From Oikopleura dioica (lineage: Eukaryota > Animalia > Chordata): DNA of 64,000 nucleotides. Position numbers and translations under genes: made by a program. Positions within the stretch are counted from its first letter, which is position 1, and each line of letters starts with the position of its first letter. A model generated the notes under the pieces. It made no database searches. It was not told the origin of the DNA and worked only from the letters and a program-made list of their open reading frames with translations. Below are positions 1 through 12,925 of the stretch, one piece after another. The stretch spans positions 6,448,001-6,512,000 of the forward strand of contig OU015566.1 in the NCBI GenBank assembly GCA_907165135.1, read 5' to 3'.

Positions 1-2871
1 TTTCGGCAGAGGCCAATAACTGCCTTGACGAGTGGGTAGTGAGAGTCAGGGCCAAGGAGCTTCACGAGCGTTGGAATTCCATGTCGAACAGCTTCCTGTG
101 CCGCCTTTGCTTGCTCATGTCGCGATGTCAAATGTCGCAGCGCGCAAATGGCCGGTTCGGTGATGTCATCCCGCTCGACAGCTTGGAGCATCGTTTGAAC
201 AAGCGCCTGGACACCGCCAAAGTGGCAAACGAGGGCTTTGTTTCTCGCATTGTTGCAGGTCAAGTTTGAGAGGATTCCAACGCAGCACATGACGATTCCG
301 ACATCGTTCGATTCCAAAAGCCGAACAGATCGCTGGAGCAAATCATCCAATCCTTCTTCCTTGGTCGCTTGATCAGAGAGATTTCGAAGCGTCCAGAGAC
401 AGTTCATAACGACTCTGTTGGATGGATTATCCAACATTGCGCCGAGAATGTTCATTCCATTGCACTCGATAATCACTTGTTTATTCGAGGTCTCGACAGA
501 AAGGACCTTCAACAAACGACACGTGGTAAATAGAAGCTTTTCATAATCGGCATTGTGCTGGAGAATGCGAATAAGCTGCTGGGTTCCGTGCTTTGAGACG
601 ATAATGAGCTTCGATTCTTGGTGCTGAAAGGAGAGCATTTCCAAGCAATCAGTTAAAAGAGCGAGCATTCGAAGTGGAGCATTGTCCTTTGAGAGCAAAT
701 CGACCATCTTTTGGACTCCACCAGCCAATCGGACGGCTCGTTTGGCGTCGTCTCCCTGGTGTTGGAGGATGTTGTGGAGTGTGGTGAGGGAGTAATGGAC
801 CACTTTTTCGACGGGCGAAGAGAGCATCTTGACAAGAGCGGGAATTCCACCGGATCGGAAAATCGACAAGAGACCCTTTTTCGATCCAGAAATCGCTGTC
901 AAAGTACCAGCCAAGGCCTTGACGGTTTCAGGGTCGTCGTTGGTCGTGAGGACCTTGACGATGGCGGGGATGAGATCGGGACTTTCAATGAGCGCATGTC
1001 GCGGGGCTTCTTTTTTCGCAAGTTGGAAAACGGTGCCAGCTGCTTGTCGAGCGACGCCGCGGTCAGGATCTTGCAACAGCTTTTTATTGGGTTGTCAATT
1101 TGAATTTGAAAGACGCAGAAAAAAAGATGCAGCAAGTAGACTTTCAAAGTCGTAATTTATTAATGAACCCTTGCCTTAATTAGTTCCGGAATGGCAATGG
1201 CGGTTACATCGACATCATCCTTGTAGTGGATCAGCATGACAATGGCCTCCTTGAGCAGTTGGCTCGGCTGGGCAAGCTTTTGAACACAGGTGGCCTCTCC
1301 AGTTTCGTACTGAGTCGAAACAAAGCTCGATCCGTCGTCAAGAGTTTCGGGAAACATGGCAGCCCGGATCCGATCCGCTCGTGTTCTCACCATGTCTCTG
1401 TTTAGGTCAGAAACCTAAATTGGAAAATTTCAAAAAGGTCAAAATGGATATTTTTAAATCTGTGTGAAAATGGTCACGGGTGAGGGAACTCGTGCGCGGG
1501 GCTTCGAAAGATGAAACTAATTAACGGCAATTTGAGCTTGATTGATGGAGAATTTTGAATAAACGAAAGGGGGGAGATTGTTTTAGAGCGAAATAAAGAC
1601 CATAATGTCCCGATAAATATCATTTTTATTTAGTTTTTTTATCAAAAAATGAATGAAAAACGTAATCTATCCTCCTTTACAGCACGATGTGTACCGTCAA
1701 TAATTTTTCTATTTAATAAATTAATTAAATCTCAATTCAAAAACAAACTTTTTGAAGAAGAAATATTGATTTACCTGTTCATTCGCATACTCATGTTGCC
1801 ACTCTTCAAACACCTGTCCCATTGTTCTTCAATATTTACTGACAGCTTCTTCTGATTTCTCCTTCTGTAAATATACTTTCTATTTCGTAGCTAATTGAGC
1901 AAACTGAGGCTCCCTCTTTGAGCTTTTAGCGTGCGTGAATGGGGAGTAAGTGTCAAAACGCGCGGGAGCGAACCCAAAACTCGCTGTAGCTCTATCTATT
2001 GGCCAACTGTGGCTGCTATTGATCGCTCTGGGCAATGTTCGCCCGCTCAATGGGCCCGCGTAGTTTTGAATGATTCAACTCCCAACTCGTGCATAATCAT
2101 CCTTCTCGATTTTAAAAGAGGCTCTGATCAATTTTTATGTATTGGTCATCAGATCAAAGGATAATCATCCTTCTTGACATTAAAAATAAGCTCTCATCAA
2201 TTTTTGTTTACCGGGGAGGTTCTTTTATGATAATATTTTTTAGAAATTTATTTCTCGAGCATTATTTTAAAGTAGCGCTTTATTTTCATACGCAATAATC
2301 AATATCAACTTTCAAGGCGTCACTGAGGGTGATCCGTCTACGGCAAGCTTTGGAACGTCTTCATCGAAAAGTTGGAAAGAGGAGGCTTTAAGACAGGAGG
2401 TGGAGGAAGTTCTAGAGAGGGATCGCTCGTCTCTGGTGTATCTTCTATCGCTACGCTCTGTTGATCATCACCAAACTGGAATGGTTATGCATTTTCATAC
2501 TGTAAGAGTGGTAAATTGCTCGTCAACTGCGGTCGGTATCGGAATCAAGGAAGAAAACAACTTTGTACAACTTTGTTGGTATATGTATCTAGGTATTGGT
2601 GTTTTATTTGAGCTTATTGCTCTTGACTCCTTGAGTGAAGAGTGAGCTGCATGCATAGAAAAGAAGCAGTACCGGTTGTTATCAGTTTGGTTAGGTAAGC
2701 GCTCACAGACAGAGTAGATGCAATGACTGACTGTGACGAGAGCTAACACTCACATATACTCTTCTTCCGACTCGTAGTCGGTGCTTCTCGATCTATTCAT
2801 TTCAGAGGCGATTGTGGTTGCGGAGTAATCTGAGTTCGGAACAGAAACGTAGCTCAAACGATCGTCTTGAT
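1..2871 (-). CDS. ctnnb1: Beta-catenin, 5' part of a second copy (3' part lies left of the window)
   Basis: Same sequence as 26517-29386. Exons 2871-2754, 1864-1775, 1397-1175 and 1079-<1; GC-AG intron 1080-1174. Armadillo repeats ([26 protein letters not shown]). Confidence 0.93.
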
Positions 2872-5017
2872 CTGAAAAATGTAAAAGTAGACCTGTGGAA
2901 AGAAGTAGGCCGCGGACGTAAAAATCTATCACCACCATCGGAGCTTCGTATTGGATCATTCAAAAGCTCTTGGAAAAGGCTTTCTTATGGATAGATAAAA
3001 ACATGGCCCTAACTCCTAGTAGTTTTGACCTTATATTTATTTCAAATAACTCGAAACTGGGAGTTTTATATAAGTTATAGGTATCACTTTATAGTATTCA
3101 TATGACCCACATTTTCATTGCGTCGAAGATCTGGGCCAACTTGCGTCTAAATTAATCTATTTTTGATAATTCCAAACACGATGTGCCCCACAAGCATTTG
3201 ACCTTAATTTCGAGAGAATATGATTATGGCTAAGCAAGTGCCCGTGTTTTTGCAATAAAGAGAGAAACATTGATAGTTGTCTTTTTAAACGAGTCAATTG
3301 GCACTTGAAGATCTAGTTCAGATCCTGTCTAAATTCATCTATGGGAGATTTCAAATTTTGCGGACGGGTAAAAAAAATTTTTTTCGTGGTATTTGGTGAT
3401 TTAAGCCATTTGAAAGAAGTGATAAAAATGCCTTGTGAACGAGGCGAAAACAGGAACGAGCAGCTACAAAACGACCTCGAGATCAGGCGCTGAAAATAAG
3501 GCTCATCCCTAACCCGGAAATTTACGAAATTTAGATGTCGAAGTGTAAGGAGAAAAAAACCTAACCTAACGACCTAACCCTAACTGCATAATGCAGTTTC
3601 TTTCTAAAGATCAGTGAGTGCTTAAAATAGGTCACTGTATTGACCGAATCCCCCGGATCGAACTGTATTACAGTCGGAGTCCATAATAAGAGACTTTTTT
3701 TTCTCAAAATGTCGAAAATCAGCTGCAGTAAAAAATCAAATTTAAGGGGGAGGTGGTCGCTTTCTTGACTTTTTGAACAAGCATAATTAAAAAAATTTTA
3801 ATTTCTTTAATTCTAATTTCAGGGGATAATAAAGGGTTAAATGAAGAAGTCAACGTGGAAAAATTTCAAAAAAAATTTTCGAAGATTGAAAAAATTTTCG
3901 TCGAAGTGGGCGTTACTCTTAACAAAGGTTACGGCCAAATCCTTAAAAATTGTGAAAATCTAACTGTCAAAAAACATTGTTTAAACGAGTACTAAGAAGC
4001 AAACGTGGAGAAAAAATTGGGTAGTTATGGTGATTTAGGTTGAAAAAGCCAATTTTTGGAGTTTTGTTTTGTTAAAAATTGTCATTTATCATTCACTTTT
4101 CAATTTTTCACATTGTGAAATTAGTGAACATTAGTAAATTTTCGAAAAACCGTACTACGTACGTCCCAGAAAAGACAATATTGTTATTGCTTTTTAAAAA
4201 TAATAGAAAAAGATGAGTACTTTCGATGAGTTCGAAATAAATTTTGTTCCAAACAAGCATTTTTTGATTATCGAAATTTGTGTCTATCTGGTAGAGCGCT
4301 ATGTTGCCCTCGCAAATTCTAGTTGAAGTAAAAACATGCTATGCTCTTTATAAACTCGGGCAAGACCAATTAATTATCAAAAATCCGAGCTCGAGAATGA
4401 AGCTTCTGAATTGTATTTTAGCTCAAATAGCTAGCGCCGGCTACTTCCAGCAGTACGCTTCGCTGACTGCCGAAGAACGAGAGAGTCGACGAGTCATTTG
4501 CGATGCAAAGATCGACGAGACTCAAGCTGCCTTTCCTATCGAGAACGGATCGTGGGCTTGTCCAGGCTATGGACAAACCAGATCCAAGGTCCGATGCCAT
4601 CCAACTTGCGGCCAAGGCTTCCTTCCTGACTGGACAGAGAAGTCGATTTCAAAGCCGAAAAAAGATGCCGCCCGATTTATGGCTCGATGCGGGGACCCGG
4701 CTACGATCGTCAGAAAGTAAGTTTTCGATTTCAGAATCAATTTATATTTTTTAATTAAGAAATCTCCCGATCGGAATGGAGCTGAAATGTTCCGCCAAGC
4801 CTGCTCATCCATGCATTGCCAGAGCTGCGACGATTGCTATCTCGGACGGCAGACTAGAGCTTGCCAACGTGATCAACAAGAAACGAGCGAGCTACCAGGT
4901 TGTCTGCGAAGACGGAAGCGTCAGTGGTCGAGTTCACTGCTTCCAAGGAGTCTTCAACAATCCCAAATGGAACAGAGACGCATGGAAGAGCTCTTGTGTG
5001 GGAAAGACAACCACCGT
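1..5017. repeat. Near-identical segmental duplication of 26517-31516
   Basis: Base-by-base match until ...ACAACCACCGT (5017 vs 31516). The differences I saw are homopolymer lengths; the offset drifts from 26516 to 26499. Confidence 0.95.
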
Positions 5018-5051
5018 TGTTTTGCCATCAAAAAAGGCGGGAGGAATTTAG
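4397..5051 (+). pseudogene. 3'-truncated copy of the secreted Cys-rich (sushi-like) protein gene at 30898-32264
   Basis: Signal-like MKLLNCILAQIASA at 4397, GT-AAG intron after 4716, Cys-rich modules. Homology stops at 5017 and the frame ends VLPSKKAGGI* in unrelated sequence. Confidence 0.7.
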
Positions 5052-6981
5052 ATTCTGTTTTACGTAAAATCATTAAACTGAAATCCTCTGAAAATAAGTC
5101 CGAACGAACATTAATTAAATTTAACATTTGTGTAAGAAAAATTAAAGAAAGACTTTGAAAGTGGCTAAAAATGGGTCAGAGGCATTTCAGTAAAAAGCTT
5201 TTTTTTCTTGAAAAAGTCGTCAAAAAAAGCCTATTAACTGATTGATCTCCGCTCCATCTTGCTCCCGCGGGTGGCAAATTGGCTCAGCTCTTTTGGGGGC
5301 TTCTGTCAGAAGTCAGCAGCAGAACCAGCAGCTATTTGCACATTTGCTTGATCTTCCATCCAGTCATCGTTTCTTCTAACTGATTGTTTTCGCTTTAACC
5401 AACGTTAGGTCATTTTCCGGCATGAACGCTCTTTCCTTTGCGCCACACCCTTACCGCACTTCGGTATTGGTTGCGCTCCCTTATTCCTTAGCTGGATTTT
5501 TAGAAAGAAAAACATTTTCAAAAAAAAGGATAGTTCAATTTTCTAAAAGCCAAATGTCGATTGAAAAAATAGTTTTTCTTTCTATTACTTTTTTCGTCTT
5601 TTATCAATTTTTATCTCGAATGAGCGGCGACTGCTCATTTCAAAAAATGTTTTTTCAAGTCGAGTCAAGAAGCTGCTCATTTTGGCGACGCCTGTGAAAA
5701 TACGAGCACGCTTCTAACGCTCCGGAAAAAGGCTCAACAAGTGAAAATACAAGTGTCTCCCAAAATACAGCTGCCGCCATTCCCAAATAGGGCGAAATAC
5801 GATCTCGTAAAAGTATAAGTGAAAATGAGCTGGCCCTGGTCAGCGAAAATCCTCAAGAAAGAGGATTTTATCAAGTTCATCACCGCAAAAGCGCCACAGC
5901 GTAAAATCGACGGCCGTTTTACCTGTCGATTTTTACGAGTTAAGCATAAGCCTTTTAGGGGCAACGTCGGCCCAGCCCTTCATCCCGTTGTTATTAAGGG
6001 TAGGGCGCCGTTTTTCGGCGAGGAAGGTAGTTTCTTGATGGAAAAAGGGGTATCTTTGATGATTTTTTGCCGGGGTTAGGGTTAGGGTTGATGCTCAATT
6101 TTTCGAAGGATTTTTCGTTGGAAAAAATTTTTAAGGATGAATTTTTTGTCGAAGTAGAACTGAAATTTATCGTGAAGTATTTGAAAAGCCGCGGACAACG
6201 GTGCCTAGCTCCGTTTGGGATAATCTGGCAAGTGGCCCTCTTCTCGGTAGTACTCATCGTGGGGTTGAGCGCGAAGGGTTTGTTGTGCCAACAGCGATTC
6301 TATAGATGCCTCGTGGAAAAGTCCTTTTTTTCAGCGATAGGAACTTCTAAGAAACATGTTTCAAAACAAGAGTTTACTCAGCAAACAACTTACAAAGTTG
6401 GAAATGACCATTTACACGGTTTAAAACGTCTATTTTTGGCTCAAAAAATGACAAATTTTCCAATTAAAACTACGAATAATGATTTAAATTGAAAAAAAGC
6501 TTCTTATTTGAGAAATTCTGTCATTTTTTGACCCAAAAATTGAAAAAAGCTTGAAAAAATTTCGCTTGGTAAATTGTTTTCGTTGAACCCTAGTAGTGCA
6601 AATAATGATAGAGCGTTTAAGATCGCTCCGTGCTCGTTATGAAGCTCGTTTCTTCGCCCTTAAATCACATGCTTGTTCGGCTCTTGGCCCGACAAGACTG
6701 ACCTCTAATGTTCTCTCGTTGCGACATTTGTCGCTGAGGCTAGTTCTTACTCTTCCTCCGCGTTCAACAAATCAATTTCGACCGGCCAGTCGAGCGGTTT
6801 CGGAGTAGGGCGAAAGGAGCGTGTAGAGACGAACATGGGGACATTTCCGGGGCCTCTGTTATTAGCTAGAATTTCCAATTGCGACAATTCAATTTTCAAT
6901 TAGTTGTCCAGCAAAATATTTAAAGGATTTTCCATGATGCGGGAAATGAATCGGTCTAAAAAATAACGTCAGGGTCTTGAA

Positions 6982-7127
6982 AGAGCTTTTCCTGAAAGCC
7001 GCGTAGCGGCTTTTTTTAAAACGAAGCCGCAGAGCGGCTTCGCCATAATTTTTTTCGTCATCTCTTTGAGATTTCGAAGCGGCTTCGTTTTTGGAAAAGC
7101 CGCTGCACGGCTTTCAATTGAAGCTCT
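6982..7127. mobile_element. Hairpin-rich MITE-like repeat (AAGCCGC-N3-GCGGCTT family)
   Basis: Several AAGCCGC...GCGGCTT-type palindromes inside imperfect terminal inverted repeats; homologous inverted copy at 33802-33971 and a fragment near 46712. Confidence 0.7.
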
Positions 7128-7899
7128 CTAAAGTCAATGTCTTAAAAATGAACTTTTTTTCAACTGAATTCATAAAATGACTTGATTTCTACAATCTTGA
7201 TTTTGCGGGGTGATCCTTTAACCCGAAAAAGACGGGTCTTCGTTCCGAGGGGGTGTCAGCCTCTCGTTGTCTAAAATTGGCCCCTGCTCCTTGCGGAATT
7301 TCGCCTGGCGAAGGTGATAATGTGCTCCTCCGAAACCACGAGACCGCGAAAATGAAAAAATGTCTTTTTCACGATTCGCAGCGGAGCAGATGGCTCCAGT
7401 GAGCCAGGTCACGTGTGGTCACTTATCCACACTCTAACGATGTCTGTGGCGCGATTAACTCTCTTCCTTCGTCTGATTTTACGTCAGCTGCCAAAAAATT
7501 GGCATTCCTCGGCTGCGCGAGACTCGATTTCAAAGAACCAAAAAACGAGACATTCGTCGCGATTTTTCTGTGTTGAATTCTTGATTGACGTGGCTGCGAA
7601 AATTGCCACTTGAAAGAAAAAAGAAAGAAATTGTCAATTTTCAACCCTCTGTCCAATACCCTCGTAAATTCAGCTCGCGGTTGTTTTGGGGCGAGTCTCA
7701 GGACTGGAATAGAGAGAGATACACGCATCTGGGATGGCACTACTCTTGAGCCAAGAGTCACGTGTGCCAACGCATCGGGCAAAATCCTTTTGATCGCTTT
7801 ATCGCATTTGGAATTTAATACGCGCTAGTGCCATACAACCCCGCTTCATAATCATTTTTTCCTCAATTTTTTATATTGAAACTAACTTTTTATTTTCAG

Positions 7900-9086
7900 T
7901 CTTGAACGGAATCAAGTTCCGACGACAGGGAAAAGAGCCCAAGCCCGATTCTTTGGAGCGATTCAGAAAGGTGACCCGATCTGACAACGGTCACCTGACA
8001 TGCATGGACGCCGACAAAATCCACAAAAAGCACAAGGGCGGAAACTCTCACCAAGAAGAAGAGCCCGCTCCCGGCATGCAAATGGACGTCGGTTTGGATG
8101 TCGAGCCGCTCCAGGAAATCATCTACCCGCGATACAATGGGCCCGACGCTCCCTTCCCAGATGCTCACATGGGAATCTTTTCTGAAGAAGTCGAGGAAGA
8201 GGAAGAGCAAGAAGTTACTCCACGACGAAATCCAATCTCGGAATTCAATCTGTCTTCTGTTGATCCAGTCAGTGGGGGTGTTGTTTCGACGGAATTTGAA
8301 GAGCCAGAAGAAGGTAATAATTAATTTTATGATTTTCTTATAAGGAACATACGTTCTGCTGGATTGGATAACAGCTGGTATGGGTCTTATTTAAATTCCA
8401 TGAATCTAACAATCGATAAATTCATAAAGACACAAGTTGCATTATTATTCTGGTGTTTCATTTCTTCATTTTTCTTTCTAGATGAAGCCACAATGGTCCA
8501 ACTCGTCGGAGAAATCCCAGAAGAACAACTCGTTCCCGCCAACTACGAAGAAGAAAGCTTGAGCCGAGAGGAGGTAAAAAATTTGAGCTAAATAAGTACT
8601 AAATAAAAATTAAAATTTTGATGTTTATGCAAAACTAACTCCTTCCTCATCAACTTATCTAGATCCGCCTCATCCGCCTCCGAAAGAAGTTTTTCGAGAT
8701 GAAAAACGTCAAGATCGGCTGCTGCAACGGACAGGCTTACAATTCGCAGAAGCGATGCTGCTGCCGACGAGTTTCGTTTGATATGGACAAGAAATTCTGC
8801 TGCGCCATCAACGTACTTTTCAAAAAATGCCTTTTCAAAATTACTAAAATTTTTAAGGGTTGCGAAAGCTTCAAGATCATGAACAGAGGCAGCATTCAGG
8901 ACTACAACGATTGTCTTTCTCTTGATGGTACGTTTTCAACGCAGTGATTTATCGATGCCTACACCCTTAATCCTCTTTTTGCGCCATTTTATCAACCATC
9001 TTTCAGGTCTCGTCGTGCAGGAATACGGTTACCAAGGTCAACGAGGACAGCCCAAGATCTTCGGAAACGACCGAAGCCGAAATTAA
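7900..9086 (+). CDS. Acidic protein with a C-terminal galaxin-like di-cysteine region (copy A); start not located
   Basis: Phase-consistent GT-AG exons 7900-8313, 8482-8573, 8663-8812, 8858-8927 and 9007-9086. Motif GCCNGQAYNSQKRCCC...KFCC resembles galaxin-type repeats. Confidence 0.6.
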
Positions 9087-9842
9087 AACCCTTCCACCGA
9101 GCAGTATCCGGAAATGGACCACAACCAGGGCGTAAGAGGTGAAAATCAGTCGCAGTACAAAATTGACCCCTTGACTTGTTTTCCTTGAAGTCCTGTTTCG
9201 CGTCTCCTTTTCCGTAGTTTTATATTTTGCGCTTTCAAAAAAGACTTCTTCAATTTTCAAACAAAATCTCGCCGATTTTTTTTTATCTTTTATGCCACAT
9301 TTTTTTTTTGTCTTTTTTTTTGTAAATTTGTTGTTTTAATTTTTAACTCATCGTCGCGGTCGACAAAATTTCGACCATCCACGATCATCACAAAATAAAA
9401 CACGCGAGTACTATTTAAAAAAAAGAAAACCAACAACCCTGAATTTCCCAATCCCCCAAAAAACTACTTTTACTTTTTGATATAAGTTTTTCTTGTGTAA
9501 ATATCGCGCCACTAAGAACATGAATCAAACATGGCAGAACGCACGTCTGTACAGAAGACCACAAGATGGTAGCAGCCGACAAAAAATAACGAAGAAAAAA
9601 AATGAAGAAAAAACTCATCTTCCACAAAAAACAGCTGCCGCTTTATTTCAATAAATTTCCTGTTTATACCTAAAAAGTTGCTTTCTATATTTTTTTTTGC
9701 ATTCTTATTTTGAAACTTGTCCCTTTCGTATCATCGCTGAAGAAAATAGGAAGCAATAGTAAGCGACAAAAATAAAATTGACTTCCGCTTCCATCCGCAT
9801 ATAATCAAGGCTTCTGAGGGAGAGCAATACAGTGAGAAAGAA

Positions 9843-10140
9843 ATGAGTGCAATTAATGATTTTTACGACAAGCTCCGCCCTGATCAAGTGACCAAATTCC
9901 GATCAATTTTGGACGATCTGAGAGGGGCCTACGACAACCTTGATTCTGCCCAGAAAGAGTTCTTCGAGTCGAAATACTCAGACGGTTCTGCTGCTGATTG
10001 CCCGGTGGTGAAGCTTATTGGTAATGCTGGAGCCTTCGATAAAGGTAAATTTTTATTTCGAATTAAAAATGTTTCTAAAAATTTAAATTCTCCCAGAAGC
10101 TACAACTGATGGTCAAAGCCATTTTTGTGTTCTTTTATAA
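9843..10140 (+). CDS. Small hypothetical protein (about 81 aa, two exons)
   Basis: Exon 9843-10044, GT-AG intron 10045-10096, exon 10097-10140 ending TAA; homologous copy at 20991. Confidence 0.55.
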
Positions 10141-10320
10141 AAGAAAAATTGTATCTTGAAAGAAAATATGCAATAAAATGAGCAAAATAAGACTTCAAGA
10201 AAATCAAACCGTTTTTTTTTTGCATGCTAAGTGTATTGAGAAAAGCAAAAGAAGTATCGCCTAAATAAGTGACAATTTGTGTAACGTGTTTTCGTGAAGA
10301 TCGTGTTCCTATTCCAAAGC

Positions 10321-12925
10321 TCAAGAATTTTGAAGATTGTCCATTGTATCGAATATCCAGTCAACATAATTGGAGACTTTAGCGTAAATTCCTGGAAAGT
10401 TCGGAGCAGCGCAGCCGAAACCCCAAGAAACAACACCGTAAACAACGGGTTTTCCAAAAGCTTCGCAGACCAAGGGTCCTCCAGAGTCGCCCTGGCAGGA
10501 ATCCTTCCCTCCGTCAGTTTGTCCATCGCCATCAAAATCTGGGATTCCAGCGCAAAACTGCGTTTCCCAAGTTGTTGGCTCGAAACTTATCATATTCGTT
10601 GCCTCACAGTACTCGTTAGAAAATGTGTAAACGCCGACTTCATTCAAAAGATGCGATGGCTCGTTACCAGCCCCATAACCTGCAACCTTGCAGTAAGATC
10701 CGTCGGCAACATGGTCTGCTGGAAGACATGCTGGGGATATCTTCGATGCGCATGTTTCTGGGCCCTCAGGGCCGTACTGATTGATGAGCGACTGCTTGAC
10801 ATTGGGAATTTTCAGAAGACAGATGTCATGAGGAGTTCCAGTCTCGTCAGTACTGTTGAAATCAAAACGATCGTAATCTTCGTGAATCTTGAAGTTTTGC
10901 AATTCAAGGTCCAAACTGCAAGGTTCAACCCGGTCGATGACTGAGACTCCTAAAAGCACAAGGGCATCATCTATATTTGTACCGAAACAACAGTGCGCAG
11001 CAGTCAGTACAAAATCGTGAGAGCCATCTTCAAACATTGTGATCAATGTCCCTCCGCAGGAGAAATCAAAGTTCGCGTAATAAGGATGCGCATCGATCGG
11101 CACATCTGTTCCGCCGACGATTTTTGTAAGAGGCTCGCTCTCGATTGGTTCAAGAGGAGTTTCACAAGTCATGTTTTTCCAAGATGGCTGCTCGAAAGTC
11201 GCATTTGGGAAGATTCCAGGACCAGTGGGAAGCGGAGAAGAGTCAGTTGTCGACGTTTCGGTTGGTTCTGTCACAGGAGGTGGAGTGAGAACAAAGCTCT
11301 CCATTTCGTTCGCGTCAACAAAACTGACACTGATTAAATCGTCAACCTCAGCGCAAAGGCCCCAATTGTAGTCAAGCACGCCTTTGAGAACAGGATAGTC
11401 ATCGACGAGGCAGATGAGCCCTCCGCCAGTATCACCAAGGCAAGTCTTTGCTGGGTCATTTTCGTCGATTGATTTGAATTCTCCATCCAAATAGATTAGA
11501 ACCGCATCACGGAGAACCGTCGCTTGCTCGGGCACGAACTCAATGTAGTCACCAAGGCCAGCTATATAGCAGCTTGTTCCACTAAAAATTATTAAGACAA
11601 AAATTCAACCCAAGATTTAACTTACTCTTCCAACTCCACATCTGATAAGCAAGCTGGCTCAAAACACGATCCGCCAGCACAAGAATCGGGTGCGTTGTCA
11701 ATCAGATTCGGAACCCTGACCATGCATTGTCTGGTTTCAGATAGAATTCCATTTCGATACTCGATGGGATTGATTATGTATTCATCGTTGTCGGGGTATT
11801 CCAAGTCATAAGCGCCAATATGGATGTTGAATCGGGACATATCAAAGTAGCAGCACCACGAGTCTGTCACAAGCCAATCGTCAGAACCGTCCTCGTATTT
11901 TGTCAAAATTGTCAAGCCGCAGTTTTCGGTCTCATCAAAGCCCGTCTTCTCGCTCCAAGCAAACCAGGGGTATCTTCCCTTTTTCGTTTCTTGTCCACCA
12001 GCGATTTTCGAAGAACTTCCAGGGCTTGAACAAGTTTTCGTCTTCGGCATGGATAGGGGTGGAAACTCGAAAGTTTCCTCCCAATCGATCGGCTCTTTGT
12101 AGAGTGAATGGAGCATACATTTGGTGTAGTCTTCGTTGTTGGTTTCTTCATCGATTTGCTAAAAATTGAATTAAGGCTTGGCTGGTTTTGAAAGAGCTTG
12201 ATTCTCACCTTGGTCATGAAATAATAATTAGCTTTTGTCACGCATTCTTCCACTGCTTCAAAGTCGTGCTGATCTTCATTGAAATTCACCTCCATCAGCA
12301 AAGAGTCACCATTCTCATTCTTCAGTTCTCGTTGTTGATATCGTCGAGAAAACTGGAGAAAAACACTTTCTTTCGTCCCATGTCTTTCTTTTTTCGGCGT
12401 TTGATGTCCGATGAACTGACTTTCGTAGACATCAAGTTGGAGGTCAGAAAATGAAACATGTAGATCTTGCAAGTGGAGATGATGGTCAGTGACGAACTCG
12501 CCGCAGTTGGAAATTTTGAAGCGAACCATTCCGACGTAATCCTCCTCTGCTGGCAGCCTTGTTTTCCCTTTGAAGTCGACTGAGTAGAGAACAGAACCAT
12601 ATTTTCGACTGATCACCCTGGTCTTTGTCTTTGTCGCTTGCTTAGATTGGATTTAAGCATGTCCGACAAAAATTTTCTTGTAAATTATCAGACGTTAATT
12701 CCTTTCCTTAAAACCGTTGCACTTCTTTTTGCATTTGACTGACGATCCGAAAGCTGCTCCATTGTCCGGGTCACAGCCTTGCTTGAGCTTTGGAAACTCG
12801 CAGTAGCTGACTGGCTGGGATGATTCTGTTGGGCTGAATGAAGTTGTTGATGTAGCAGACGTGGAGATAATAGTTGTCGAGTGAAACGCACTCGTAGTCA
12901 AAAAGAAGGAAGAAAGTAACTTCAT
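10321..12925 (-). CDS. Secreted tandem-domain S1 protease: inactive trypsin-like domain followed by an active trypsin domain (copy A)
   Basis: Exons 12925-~12700, ~12640-12209, 12158-11626 and 11581-10321. Domain 2 has IVGG, LTAAHC, HDICLL, KDSCQGDSGGP. Domain 1 has IAGG, LVTDSWC, GDTGGG. Confidence 0.9.

Noticed and set aside
6072-6088. Telomere-like GGGTTAGGGTTAGGGTT (and CCTAAC runs near 3560-3585)
   Set aside because: Only two or three units; too short to call an interstitial telomere.
10294-10944. 216-aa plus-strand ORF (also 21440-22090)
   Set aside because: In-register antisense shadow of the trypsin exon.
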